From positions 62,001 through 120,839 of IMG/VR virus record IMGVR_UViG_3300034073_005193: 58,839 nt of DNA; one strand, written 5' to 3'. The notes beneath the pieces are model-generated. The model was not told the DNA's origin. It did not search any database and saw nothing but the letters and a program-made list of their open reading frames with translations. Below are positions 47,401 through 55,584 of the stretch, one piece after another. The translations under genes and the position numbers were made by a program. This DNA is from an uncultured virus (IMG/VR IMGVR_UViG_3300034073_005193). Its lineage: Duplodnaviria > Heunggongvirae > Uroviricota > Caudoviricetes. How positions within the stretch are numbered: the stretch's first letter is position 1; the number at the start of each line of letters is the position of its first letter.

Positions 47401-49042
47401 AATGCCAGGCGCTGCCCCCGCTGGTGATTTGTTGGATATTCCAATGAACCCAGAAGAAGGAGTTGCAGCTGCAAGATCTGATGTGGGCGGTAAAGGGGAT
47501 CCATCAGAAAATCTTGATGGATTACTTAACAAGGCAGAAGAAGTTCTTGCAGATATTCGTGAAGGCGTCAAAGCCCTTCAAAATCAAGCAGGCAAGCCTG
47601 GTGGAGAAGCTGGTGAATTTGAAGAATTAGCAGGCGCAGAACAATCTGGTGCTCTTAGCCCAACAACAGCATCATTGGTTTCCATGCAAAAGAAACTTGG
47701 TTCAACAATTCTTGCAGCTATGAAAGAAACTGCTGTTAAATTATCCAGTGTTTCTGATGAATTAAGACTTGCAAAACGAGTTCTTGTTAAGAATGCTTCT
47801 CGAGAAGTTCGTTCTACCGTTGAAGAAAGCAAAGCTGCTACAAGAGAAATTCTTGCTGATTGCTATACTCTTATGAGCGCATTTAGCAAATATGCATCAT
47901 CTACAGAAATGCTTGCAAAACAAGCCGCTCAAGAGGTTACTATGGTTAAAATGGCACAAACTAAAAAAGAAACACCAGAAGAAGAAAAGAAACGAAAAGC
48001 ACGAGAAGCTGCTGCTCGTGAAGTTGCCGGAAAACATCCAATGTTTAAAACTTTTAAAACAGATGATTCTCACAGTGTTAGCGATTGGGATCATGTAAGC
48101 GATGCCTGGGACGTTGATGATTCAGGTTCAAGCGATGATTTGGGCATGGGCGATGATTTGATGCATGCTCTTGACATGGGCGATGTAGATCATGACTCTA
48201 TGTTAATAGACGATAATGATGCTGACGTGGAAATGGCAATTGGTCCTAATGCTAAAGTTAAAGGAGATAGCAATTCTATTGCAGAGCTTGCTAAAAATCT
48301 TAAGACTTCCGAAGATCTTTCTACCAAAGAAGGTCGCGCCGCTTATCGTGCAAAACAAGCTGCCAAAGCAATGCAATACAGCAGCATGCTTGACGAAGCC
48401 CATGGCAAAGCAGGACCAGTTCTTTCTGGAATGAAAGGCGATGGAGCTAAAGTTGAAACTCTTCAAGAAATTCAAGAAGATATGTTGGGAGTTGCAACCA
48501 AAGAAGTGTCATCTAAAGATGTTTCTCCAAAGACCAAAAAAGCAGCAGACGACATTCAAAAACTTGTCATTGCAGGTCGCATAAATGCATCTGAAGTTGA
48601 TCAGCTTGTTAAAGCAGGGTTGGATAAAGAAGCTGTTAAATACTGGAAAGATTTCTACGGTCAATCCAAAGATAAAGCCAGCAAAGAATTTGCAGCAGAT
48701 CTCACTTCAGAACATGCTCAAGCTAAAAAAGCAGAGAGCATGGATGGCTTCCGTGTTAAAATTGCACGCGCCTATGACCTTGCCAACGAAATGGCAATGA
48801 AAGGTCTTATCGGTCGTGACAAGCATGCTATCAAAGAACAAGTTGATGAACTTATGAGCTTCAATGATGCAGGCTTTGAATCCATGAAGAAACACGTTGA
48901 ACGCACACCAATGACCCGTACCGCCTCTTATGTAATGCCTCAAGTTGGCTTAATGAGCGAAGAGCTTATTGCCACAGCATCTGCAGAATCAGGTGATCTT
49001 GTCAATGAATTTGCAGCAGCTTTTGCTAATCGCAAATACTGA
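44441..49042 (+). CDS. prohead (capsid maturation) protease-scaffold fusion containing an intein
   Basis: Spliced N.NCDIF...EL, VGKPLCLDH (His), RG.I.D, SVSMG (Ser), CYDC...C.H, ELSIV..GADP.A; followed by ~850 aa of helical/low-complexity sequence. Confidence 0.82.
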   Translation: MFVKIGEAISITAADIENSENVLSDPEIQNKFEKIAKELKIIAPKGDDFLYFSAVMMHAAEHAALNDDGSFKVTASGDPVKVWWEKKGESVIWKSNDSNLRPYKNNNCFIAGTKILMSDGSVKNIEDIQVGDEVITHKNNFKKVLEISHRPYSGKLLTLKIKNNEKIHCTPEHPFYHADLSGYYTKGLKSLTERKKNSSSFKTAFKFSEINKLSVGDLLTSPVIRHEISTGTINPNRAKILGIFAAEGCYTKKYDKRQGIRFTIGIHEEKTASSIKEVFEEEFPECSVRVLPEPERSVISITATGGNIAEYFFYHVGEMSDQKKLSKELVYADEDSKKAFLSGYIDGDGCLTDYNKLIIITTSPHLAYQTRTMLNSMNIGSSLRRKNTSEGKIKILQNYKEYNCKDHYRVEIYGDAYKKLELEKYTNKYKFKDCTHRVISNFEKDHCLHVITGIEENDFNGMVYNFEVEDDHSYVANGIVTHNCDIFPESELIAAHKRWVGKPLCLDHKSSSVDMIRGLIVDTYYDRKLKRVVALCALDKKNYPDLARKVSTGYAASVSMGTGVGKAICYDCGNVARTEHDFCSHMKNKSCYGEVNLDLNPIELSIVVNGADPKAKIKTIIAAANSIAKYVEMKEDELSKVEPELKNNRFKDMLSSLENVTAQLNQLKEEIEKLSEEMQGEEETSSEDSSDSLEKEASDKSSEYALKSISNKLDTIFEKINKLYSFNKDEQMTTKKQAYFQGGGGMNEPQTYAKEDADTIRNTKDKQMGGQMNTGPVDGMHPGYESFGESEEARKRRLQRLAEEEMRSIRRQAALEVAKENLAKKQAYFQGGGGANEPQTYTKEDADKIRNTQDKQMVGASPFPNTGDVDGLFPGDQDKKEKLSRAKLTARFLKAAAANGNDDLANSRWEVFADKKLVFSASVNEITGGRSNALYDSVANEGFGRSLIAKIRTNGLEKVATMYKSAQAAPPAPMAAPAPMAAPAPVPMPGAAPAGDLLDIPMNPEEGVAAARSDVGGKGDPSENLDGLLNKAEEVLADIREGVKALQNQAGKPGGEAGEFEELAGAEQSGALSPTTASLVSMQKKLGSTILAAMKETAVKLSSVSDELRLAKRVLVKNASREVRSTVEESKAATREILADCYTLMSAFSKYASSTEMLAKQAAQEVTMVKMAQTKKETPEEEKKRKAREAAAREVAGKHPMFKTFKTDDSHSVSDWDHVSDAWDVDDSGSSDDLGMGDDLMHALDMGDVDHDSMLIDDNDADVEMAIGPNAKVKGDSNSIAELAKNLKTSEDLSTKEGRAAYRAKQAAKAMQYSSMLDEAHGKAGPVLSGMKGDGAKVETLQEIQEDMLGVATKEVSSKDVSPKTKKAADDIQKLVIAGRINASEVDQLVKAGLDKEAVKYWKDFYGQSKDKASKEFAADLTSEHAQAKKAESMDGFRVKIARAYDLANEMAMKGLIGRDKHAIKEQVDELMSFNDAGFESMKKHVERTPMTRTASYVMPQVGLMSEELIATASAESGDLVNEFAAAFANRKY
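44762..45889 (+). mobile_element. intein with LAGLIDADG homing endonuclease (376 aa)
   Basis: Block A CFIAGTKILMSDG, block B CTPEHPF, LAGLIDADG motifs ILGIFAAEG and FLSGYIDGDG, block F/G VYNFEV...HSYVANGIVTHN followed by Cys. Confidence 0.95.
46634..49042 (+). CDS. putative nested scaffold protein from an internal in-frame start
   Basis: TAAGGA at 46621-46626, 7 nt before in-frame ATG 46634; Arg codons shift towards CGT/CGC downstream. Confidence 0.55.
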   Translation: MTTKKQAYFQGGGGMNEPQTYAKEDADTIRNTKDKQMGGQMNTGPVDGMHPGYESFGESEEARKRRLQRLAEEEMRSIRRQAALEVAKENLAKKQAYFQGGGGANEPQTYTKEDADKIRNTQDKQMVGASPFPNTGDVDGLFPGDQDKKEKLSRAKLTARFLKAAAANGNDDLANSRWEVFADKKLVFSASVNEITGGRSNALYDSVANEGFGRSLIAKIRTNGLEKVATMYKSAQAAPPAPMAAPAPMAAPAPVPMPGAAPAGDLLDIPMNPEEGVAAARSDVGGKGDPSENLDGLLNKAEEVLADIREGVKALQNQAGKPGGEAGEFEELAGAEQSGALSPTTASLVSMQKKLGSTILAAMKETAVKLSSVSDELRLAKRVLVKNASREVRSTVEESKAATREILADCYTLMSAFSKYASSTEMLAKQAAQEVTMVKMAQTKKETPEEEKKRKAREAAAREVAGKHPMFKTFKTDDSHSVSDWDHVSDAWDVDDSGSSDDLGMGDDLMHALDMGDVDHDSMLIDDNDADVEMAIGPNAKVKGDSNSIAELAKNLKTSEDLSTKEGRAAYRAKQAAKAMQYSSMLDEAHGKAGPVLSGMKGDGAKVETLQEIQEDMLGVATKEVSSKDVSPKTKKAADDIQKLVIAGRINASEVDQLVKAGLDKEAVKYWKDFYGQSKDKASKEFAADLTSEHAQAKKAESMDGFRVKIARAYDLANEMAMKGLIGRDKHAIKEQVDELMSFNDAGFESMKKHVERTPMTRTASYVMPQVGLMSEELIATASAESGDLVNEFAAAFANRKY
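46643..47011 (+). repeat. intragenic direct repeat (34 codons, two copies 267 bp apart)
   Basis: KKQAYFQGGGGxNEPQTYxKEDADxIRNTxDKQM at 46643-46744 and 46910-47011. Confidence 0.9.
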
Positions 49043-49059
49043 TAACAAATATTATTAAA

Positions 49060-49100
49060 ATAAGGGCAAACTCTAACATAAGTATAGAGTTTGCCTTTAT
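49060..49100 (+). terminator. hairpin/terminator after protease-scaffold gene
   Basis: GGCAAACTCTA (49065-49075) / TAGAGTTTGCC (49085-49095), then a T-rich tract. Confidence 0.75.
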
Positions 49101-49119
49101 TATTTTAAGGAACAAAAAA

Positions 49120-49392
49120 ATGAAATTGCAATTTAATATCGCCTCTGAAATGAATGAAATTTTACAAAGTTCACTTGTAAAAAGCGCATCTGTTGTTGAG
49201 CAAAAAACAAGTAAAAATTATGATGAAATTTCATCTCATATTATAAATTTATCAGAGATGGCTATAGAGTTAGACAATCGAGGAATGAATAAAACGGCTT
49301 CTTCTTTAAGAAAGACAGCTCGAATGTTTCTTGATTCTGTTGAAATTAATAGCCAAGCATATAAAATTGCAGAACTTTACGGACTAGTTTGA
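49120..49392 (+). CDS. small head-region protein carrying the shared helical module
   Basis: AAGGA RBS; VKSAS, NKTAS. Confidence 0.8.
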   Translation: MKLQFNIASEMNEILQSSLVKSASVVEQKTSKNYDEISSHIINLSEMAIELDNRGMNKTASSLRKTARMFLDSVEINSQAYKIAELYGLV

Positions 49393-49401
49393 AGGACAGA
49401 C

Positions 49402-52400
49402 ATGATAAAATCAAATAATTCTATTGCTTTAGATATGGACAGTTTAATTCAAAAAAAATTAGAATTAAATAAAACTGCTAAAAAAAATAAAGTTAAATGT
49501 TGCAGCAAATGTGGAGAATCTTGTAAATGCGACAAAGATTGTCCTTGCAATTCTAGCTGTTCTTCTGATTGCTCTAACTGTTATGACATGAGTAAAAAGT
49601 CATATCAAGAAATATTTAATTTTATTTTAAAAACATCTGAAAAAGTTGATAATTTAGGATTTGATAAAATTGCAACTGAGCTTTTAAAAGCATCTTCTAA
49701 TTTGGATTCTGAGCTACAAGAAAAAAATAAAGATTTAAATTTTGCAAGAACTAGAAGACCTAAAGCGACTGAGGATGCTAAAAAAACTGAAAAAGCGGCT
49801 AAGAAAGCTGAAGAGGAGGCTAAGAAAGCTGAAGAGGAGGCTAAAAAAGCTGCTGAAGAAGCCGCCCGAGCCGCCGATGCCGCTGCAGAAGAAGCCGCTA
49901 AAGAAGCCAGAAGAGCTTCCGAAGAAGCTAATGCCAGAAGGAGAAGATTAATGTCTGGAATTGCTGAAATTCCCTCTCAGACAGAGAAAAAAACCGAGCC
50001 AGCTTCTCCTGAAGTGGTCGTTACAAAAATACCATATTCTGGACCAGCAGTCGGAGCAAAAAAATCAAAACCCAGAAAAACCTCCGATAAACCTTCCAAT
50101 GTACAACGAACAACAGATCCTAGCACTGGAGAAACTGTAGTCACGGTTCCGTCTATTTCTAAGCAGCCTAGCGCTGTTAGAACTCCCAAGAATAAAAGCA
50201 AGAGCCTGCAGGAGAAACCTAAAGAGAACAAGAGAACTAAAGAAGACTTAGAGCTAGAGAGAAGAACTCTAGAAGATTTTGAAGGTTTTGAAGGAGAAAG
50301 AGAATACGACGAGTCAATAGAATTATTTAAAAAGAAACCCATACTTGAGGGCATGACTTTTCGAGATTTGGAAAGCCGAGAATCTCTTGAAGACATCATT
50401 GATGATAATGGAAAGCGTAAAGGCGAAGGCAAACGTAAACCCAAATCATCTGAAGAATATAAAGAAGCACTCGAACTACAGATGATGGGGGATGTTGAAT
50501 TAAAAAGAATAAATAGAAAAATTGAAAATCTCAGATCTGCAACAGGTATTGATCCAAAAGAAAAAAAAGAACAATTAGAAGAATTAGAAAAATTAAAAAA
50601 TTCTACAATAGAAAAAAAGAAAAAAGAAATAGAAGAAAAAATTGAAAAATATAAAAAAGAACAATCTAAAGAAGAACCTAAAAAAGAAGCTCCTCTTGCG
50701 TCCACTACCAGATCTAGATCTCAAGAAAATTGGAGATACATATCGCCTCAAGAGTATAAGAATAAACTCATTACAGAGTTAATGGAAGGATTGTTAAAGA
50801 AAAAAAATAAAATAAGAGAACTTAAATCAAAAATACGTCTAGCCCCTGAAGGGACGAATAACACTGAAGAGAAAAAACAATTAGAAGAATTAGAAAAATC
50901 ATATGAAAATGATGTAGAAAATGGTCAAAAAGAAATAAATGAAAAAGTTGAAAAATATATAAAATTTTTTAAAAGACAACTTGAAAAGAGGGAGGAGGCT
51001 GCAAAATCTAAAGTCAACCACCTCATAAGCCCTATAATAGAGGGAATTCAAAGACTTTCAAGAGAAAATCTTGACGAAGGTATTGTAGAGATTAATAAAG
51101 AATTAGCTAAGGCTGGAGGGAGTTCCAGTGTTGGCTCTATGGTTCAATCAATAAATAATTTATTAAATTATGAACATAATTTAAGACGTGAAAGAGAAAT
51201 TTCTAAAAGAATTAACAGAATACTTGCTATTGAAAAAGCAGAACTTATTCATTTAGAAAATCAGTTTGATTTATTTGAAAAAGAACAAGGCTCTAAAATA
51301 AAACAATTAAAAAAAGATAAAAGCATATCTAACAAAGATAAAAAAAATAAAAGAGAACAACTAATGGCAGAAGCAGATGCTGAGAGGGCTTTCTTAAGCG
51401 ATAAACAAAAAGAATTTAACGAAATGTTTCAAATGCTAAGAAAAGAGCTTTTAAAGCTCCCAGTAGAAGAATTGCATCCTGGGCAACAACCCACCATACC
51501 AAATTCAATATCTTATCAAAAAGCATATAATATGTTTAAAAAAGATTATGGACATTGGTGGTCTTATGAAAAATTTAAAGAAAGATTAAATTCTTACTTT
51601 TCAAATTTATCATACGATGATATAAAAGAATTTTATGAATCTATTGTAATAAATAAAGAATTTCCATTATCAAAACAAACTGAATTTATTAATTATTTAA
51701 AACCAGCCGCTAGCGCGCCAACTCTTCCCAGCGAATTGGTTCCTTCATTGGAGTTGGATAGAACTTTAACGGACACAGAGGCAATGAGAGAGATGGAAAG
51801 CATGCGAGCTGCAAAATTAAGAGCAAAACTTCTTAAAATAGAAAATCCAACAGAAGAAGAAAAAGCTGAAGCAGAAAGATTGTCAAAAGTTATAATGGGC
51901 AATAAACAAAGACAATTAGCAGAAGATCTCAAAAAGCAAAAAGAAGAAGCGGTAGTTGGTGATAGACAAGCTCTTTTAAATAAATATATTTTAGATAAAA
52001 GAGATTCGATGATTGAAGAAAAAATAATAAACTTTGTGCCAAAACTAATACGTGCCTTTGAACAAAAATATTTTCCTGTCACCATCGAACAAGAGGAACA
52101 AATAATAGAATTCTTGTCTATAAAAGTAGACCGAAGCTCACAAGAAGTTATCAGCGCTGTTTTTAATGACGAAATAACCGATGAATTGCTTCGACTTGTA
52201 TATATTAAATTAACGAATGAATATCCTGTAGAAGATAAAAAAACTGATTATAAAAAAATATTAAAAGAATACTTATTTGAAAATAAAGAAATTTTATCTT
52301 ATTTTAGAAGATTAAAATCTAAATACAGTTTAAGCGAAGTACAAATTATAAATAACGTAGTTGAAAGCCTTACAGACGAAGAAGTGAAGTTGTCTCTGGT

Positions 52401-53271
52401 TGATGTAAAGTTAGATGTAGACATAGCAAGAAAAAAGTGGAGAAAATTATTCATTTTAAGAACTCCTATACCTTTATTTTTAAAGTCAAAAATCGATGAA
52501 GAAGTTAAAAGAAATCTAAGCCAGCCAGCTCAATACATACCAGATACAGCTCGCCTTTCTTTAACAAAATTTGAAAAGAAAACTCATACACAATTAAAAG
52601 ATGCTATTAAAAAGTCAAATCTAGTAAGATCTCTCATAGCTCAATTAAGTCAAGGCAAGATGATAGATAGTAATAGAATAATTGATGATGTCTTTAATGC
52701 AGCTAGCGAAACAGAAATTGAAGAGCTTTTTGACACCGTAGAAGAGGGCTTTTTAAGCATTCCTGCCTGGCTAGAAGAAGCGATCACAGACAAAATCAAC
52801 GCAGAGCTTATTGAAGTTGATTATAGAGCACAAGAAGCTGCCAAAACAAAAGAGTATAAAGAAGCTTTGAAACAGTCAATATTAAATTCAGAAAAGGTTG
52901 AAAATTTCTTTAATAATTTAAAATCAACAAGATACAATATAGAAATTAATGAAGTTTCTAAAGTTAATATTGTTAATGCAGTGGTTGAAAATATGAGCAA
53001 ATTTTTATTAGATGATCTTTCAAAACATTTAAACTTACAAGAATATGTATTAAATGTAATTCCATTCTATTTAATGAGGGCATTAGCAGAGGAAGCAGCG
53101 AATCATTTTAGGATAGATAAAAAAATAATAAATCAAGAATTTACATTTTTATTTAATAGAAATATTAATAAATTGCCTGAAGTTAACAAAACCTCATCTA
53201 GTTTCGATAAAATGCTTCGATCATTAGAGGAAAAAATCAATAATTTGTATGCATTTGCCATGGTTAAATAA
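49402..53271 (+). CDS. large charged coiled-coil protein with metallothionein-like Cys cluster and AEEEAKK repeats
   Basis: 1289 aa; CCSKCGESCKCDKDCPCNSSCSSDCSNC near the N-terminus; 21-bp coding tandem repeat at ~49797-49860. Confidence 0.8.
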   Translation: MIKSNNSIALDMDSLIQKKLELNKTAKKNKVKCCSKCGESCKCDKDCPCNSSCSSDCSNCYDMSKKSYQEIFNFILKTSEKVDNLGFDKIATELLKASSNLDSELQEKNKDLNFARTRRPKATEDAKKTEKAAKKAEEEAKKAEEEAKKAAEEAARAADAAAEEAAKEARRASEEANARRRRLMSGIAEIPSQTEKKTEPASPEVVVTKIPYSGPAVGAKKSKPRKTSDKPSNVQRTTDPSTGETVVTVPSISKQPSAVRTPKNKSKSLQEKPKENKRTKEDLELERRTLEDFEGFEGEREYDESIELFKKKPILEGMTFRDLESRESLEDIIDDNGKRKGEGKRKPKSSEEYKEALELQMMGDVELKRINRKIENLRSATGIDPKEKKEQLEELEKLKNSTIEKKKKEIEEKIEKYKKEQSKEEPKKEAPLASTTRSRSQENWRYISPQEYKNKLITELMEGLLKKKNKIRELKSKIRLAPEGTNNTEEKKQLEELEKSYENDVENGQKEINEKVEKYIKFFKRQLEKREEAAKSKVNHLISPIIEGIQRLSRENLDEGIVEINKELAKAGGSSSVGSMVQSINNLLNYEHNLRREREISKRINRILAIEKAELIHLENQFDLFEKEQGSKIKQLKKDKSISNKDKKNKREQLMAEADAERAFLSDKQKEFNEMFQMLRKELLKLPVEELHPGQQPTIPNSISYQKAYNMFKKDYGHWWSYEKFKERLNSYFSNLSYDDIKEFYESIVINKEFPLSKQTEFINYLKPAASAPTLPSELVPSLELDRTLTDTEAMREMESMRAAKLRAKLLKIENPTEEEKAEAERLSKVIMGNKQRQLAEDLKKQKEEAVVGDRQALLNKYILDKRDSMIEEKIINFVPKLIRAFEQKYFPVTIEQEEQIIEFLSIKVDRSSQEVISAVFNDEITDELLRLVYIKLTNEYPVEDKKTDYKKILKEYLFENKEILSYFRRLKSKYSLSEVQIINNVVESLTDEEVKLSLVDVKLDVDIARKKWRKLFILRTPIPLFLKSKIDEEVKRNLSQPAQYIPDTARLSLTKFEKKTHTQLKDAIKKSNLVRSLIAQLSQGKMIDSNRIIDDVFNAASETEIEELFDTVEEGFLSIPAWLEEAITDKINAELIEVDYRAQEAAKTKEYKEALKQSILNSEKVENFFNNLKSTRYNIEINEVSKVNIVNAVVENMSKFLLDDLSKHLNLQEYVLNVIPFYLMRALAEEAANHFRIDKKIINQEFTFLFNRNINKLPEVNKTSSSFDKMLRSLEEKINNLYAFAMVK

Positions 53272-53284
53272 TTAGGAATAAATT

Positions 53285-53482
53285 ATGAAAAAAATAGATG
53301 TAGCTCAAGAGATGACAGATCGTTTAAACGCAGAAAGTGAATTAAATTCTGATAAATTTAAATTGCAAATTGCTTTAGAGTGTTTAAATAAAGCTGCTAT
53401 ATGTTTTGACATGGCAGATAAAGAAAAATACTCTGAAAAAATTACAAAAATAATGGAAAAATTATCTAAAGTAGAGGAATGA
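53285..53482 (+). CDS. small head-region protein, similar to 49120 ORF
   Basis: AGGA RBS; shares [IV]AxEM and the helical module. Confidence 0.75.
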   Translation: MKKIDVAQEMTDRLNAESELNSDKFKLQIALECLNKAAICFDMADKEKYSEKITKIMEKLSKVEE

Positions 53483-53483
53483 C

Positions 53484-54875
53484 ATGTTTATTAAAAAGTT
53501 TGCAGAAGTAGATTTTGAAAATTTATTTGAAATAAATCTAAAATCTTTAGAAAATAAAGAAAATCATTCTAAATCTAATTATTTAGAACATGCAATTAAT
53601 TTTCTTAAAATTTCTGCAGATCTTTTGGATGAAATTGGTAAAGAAGAAGCAGCTGAAGAATTAACTCTTATTTTAGATGAACTTGCCGAAGTTGAATCAG
53701 ATGATACAGATCATGAATCAGAAGAAGGACCGGAAGAAGAATTAGTAGACTCTTTAGGAAAACATATTCATGATCCGTCATTAGAAGGCACTGATTCTTC
53801 TGAAGAAATGCTCAGCCATATGAAAAATAAAGGCTGGATGTTTGGAAATCACCAACCTGCTTCTGGAATGATAATTATTCACGAAGATGCTGAGCCTTTT
53901 GAAAGTTCAAATAAAATGAAAGGTCCAGAATGTAAAGCTTGTGGTCAATGCGCTAATTGCTGCGATTGTAGCTCTTGCAATTACTGTGGTGATAAAATGG
54001 CAGACGATGCGTTATTTTGCGGAGATGCATGCGCTGATATGGCAGAAGATCAAGGCATGGTCTATGACTGCATGTCAGACGATGATGGCGCTGAAATGAG
54101 TGAAGAAGACGAAGAGGAGTATGAAGAAGGTGACGAGGAATCTGATGAGATGGAAGAAGATGATGAATTAATGGAAGAAGATGATGAATTAATGGAAGAA
54201 GAGGAAGAGTTTAATAAAGAAGCAAATGATTTTTATGATCTTGGCGCAATGATGGCTCAAGAGCATGCTCAGATGAATTTAGTAAATGTTCTTGAAGCTG
54301 TCCTCGCTGTTGAGGAAGATCTTCCATTAGATGAAACTGAAGAATTTGCTTTGGGCTATTTAGAAGCATGCGATTGCTCATTAGAAGAGGCTTTAAAACA
54401 ATTTGAAGAAGTTCAAGAATATCTTGAAGAAAATGATTATGAACCAAGATATTCTCTAGAAGAAGTTGAAAGACTTCTTTCGGATGATGAATTATCAGAT
54501 GACCCAAGCGATGATTTCGATAATGAATTAGAAGGAATTATATCAAAACAAGAATCCTCTGAATCTATGGAAGAAGATGAGGACATCATAGACCTTGAAG
54601 AAGATGAAGATGAAGATGAAGATGAAGATGAAGATGAAGACGAAGAGGACGAAGAGGACGAGAACGAGGAAGGCGATGAATTAGATGTTAATGATGCTAG
54701 ATCTAAACCAAAATGCAAAGGTTGGAAAAAATCACCCGTTGGTTCTCCAAGACAAAGAGCTTTTTGCCGTCGCCACTGCGGCATGAAGAAAAAATTAACT
54801 TCTAAGAAAGTCGCAGACGATCCAGATTCTTGCATTAATCAAGGCTTGCGTCGCTGGAAATGTCGTTGTTCCTGA
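53484..54875 (+). CDS. very acidic protein with Cys cluster and basic C-terminal domain (DUF6321-like)
   Basis: D/E tracts; CKACGQCANCCDCSSCNYC; C-terminal R..FC.R..GMKKKLTS.K.A.DPDS.IN..LR.W.C, recognised from memory. Confidence 0.7.
   Translation: MFIKKFAEVDFENLFEINLKSLENKENHSKSNYLEHAINFLKISADLLDEIGKEEAAEELTLILDELAEVESDDTDHESEEGPEEELVDSLGKHIHDPSLEGTDSSEEMLSHMKNKGWMFGNHQPASGMIIIHEDAEPFESSNKMKGPECKACGQCANCCDCSSCNYCGDKMADDALFCGDACADMAEDQGMVYDCMSDDDGAEMSEEDEEEYEEGDEESDEMEEDDELMEEDDELMEEEEEFNKEANDFYDLGAMMAQEHAQMNLVNVLEAVLAVEEDLPLDETEEFALGYLEACDCSLEEALKQFEEVQEYLEENDYEPRYSLEEVERLLSDDELSDDPSDDFDNELEGIISKQESSESMEEDEDIIDLEEDEDEDEDEDEDEDEEDEEDENEEGDELDVNDARSKPKCKGWKKSPVGSPRQRAFCRRHCGMKKKLTSKKVADDPDSCINQGLRRWKCRCS
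54600..54640 (+). repeat. (GAAGAT)n coding hexamer repeat
   Basis: About 7 copies encoding (ED)n. Confidence 0.85.
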
Positions 54876-54888
54876 TATATAATACCTT

Positions 54889-55584
54889 ATGTTAAGAATA
54901 TTACACACCAACAATAGCTTGCCATATTCCTGGCTTGTTGATCCAAATGCCGAATTTGAGCCCGGTATGATAGCTCAATTGAAAGTATATGGCAATCAAG
55001 TTGTTTGTGGTGTATCTGATGGTCTTAGCCCCATTGGAATCATTGACGATATGAAGAAAACCAGCTTCTCCTCAGCAAAAGTTGATGAGGTTTGCATTAT
55101 TCCATGTCCTATTCCTACCTTGTCAGGTTCTACTTATGTTACTCCTATTGATTTAAAATATGAACTAGAAAATGCTAATATTTATCCAGGGTCTTTCGTA
55201 TGTACCCCTGAATTAGTTGTTTTAAATGCTAGAAATGGCGTCATTACTATTCCTGCAGGTACTCCATTAAATTATAGCTCTTCAAATAGTGGGATTTTTG
55301 ACGCTGTTAGAGTGGTGGTTCGATACAGCCACCAAGTGGCTGGTATTCCAGGAGAAAACTCTACAGAGGGTACTGGAAGAATAACAGTTTGGACCAGCAA
55401 AATAATAGCTGCAACAGACCAGTTTGATACCTCTGCCTCTTATGCTTTGAATAGCATTTTATTTTGCGGAATTGATGGCAAGTTAAGCACTTCCAGAATT
55501 GATGAAACTTATCCGCCCGTTGGAATTGTTACGGCTCCGCCAACAGCTATTTATAGTTTCTTAGAATTTAAGACATACTTCTAA
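54889..55584 (+). CDS. putative capsid decoration/cement protein (beta-tulip-like)
   Basis: F.PGMI.QL, SDG..PIGIIDD, G.ITVW, TDQFD, LFCG.DGKLS, VGIVT.PP. Confidence 0.55.
   Translation: MLRILHTNNSLPYSWLVDPNAEFEPGMIAQLKVYGNQVVCGVSDGLSPIGIIDDMKKTSFSSAKVDEVCIIPCPIPTLSGSTYVTPIDLKYELENANIYPGSFVCTPELVVLNARNGVITIPAGTPLNYSSSNSGIFDAVRVVVRYSHQVAGIPGENSTEGTGRITVWTSKIIAATDQFDTSASYALNSILFCGIDGKLSTSRIDETYPPVGIVTAPPTAIYSFLEFKTYF

Noticed and set aside
49780..49950. TolA homolog
   Set aside because: Only a low-complexity AEEEAKK repeat; no transmembrane anchor or TolA C-domain.
49977..50705. 242-aa minus-strand ORF and similar ones (20158, 46641, 54437, 58288)
   Set aside because: Ser/Phe/Leu-rich antisense shadows of charged + strand genes, with no recognisable motifs.
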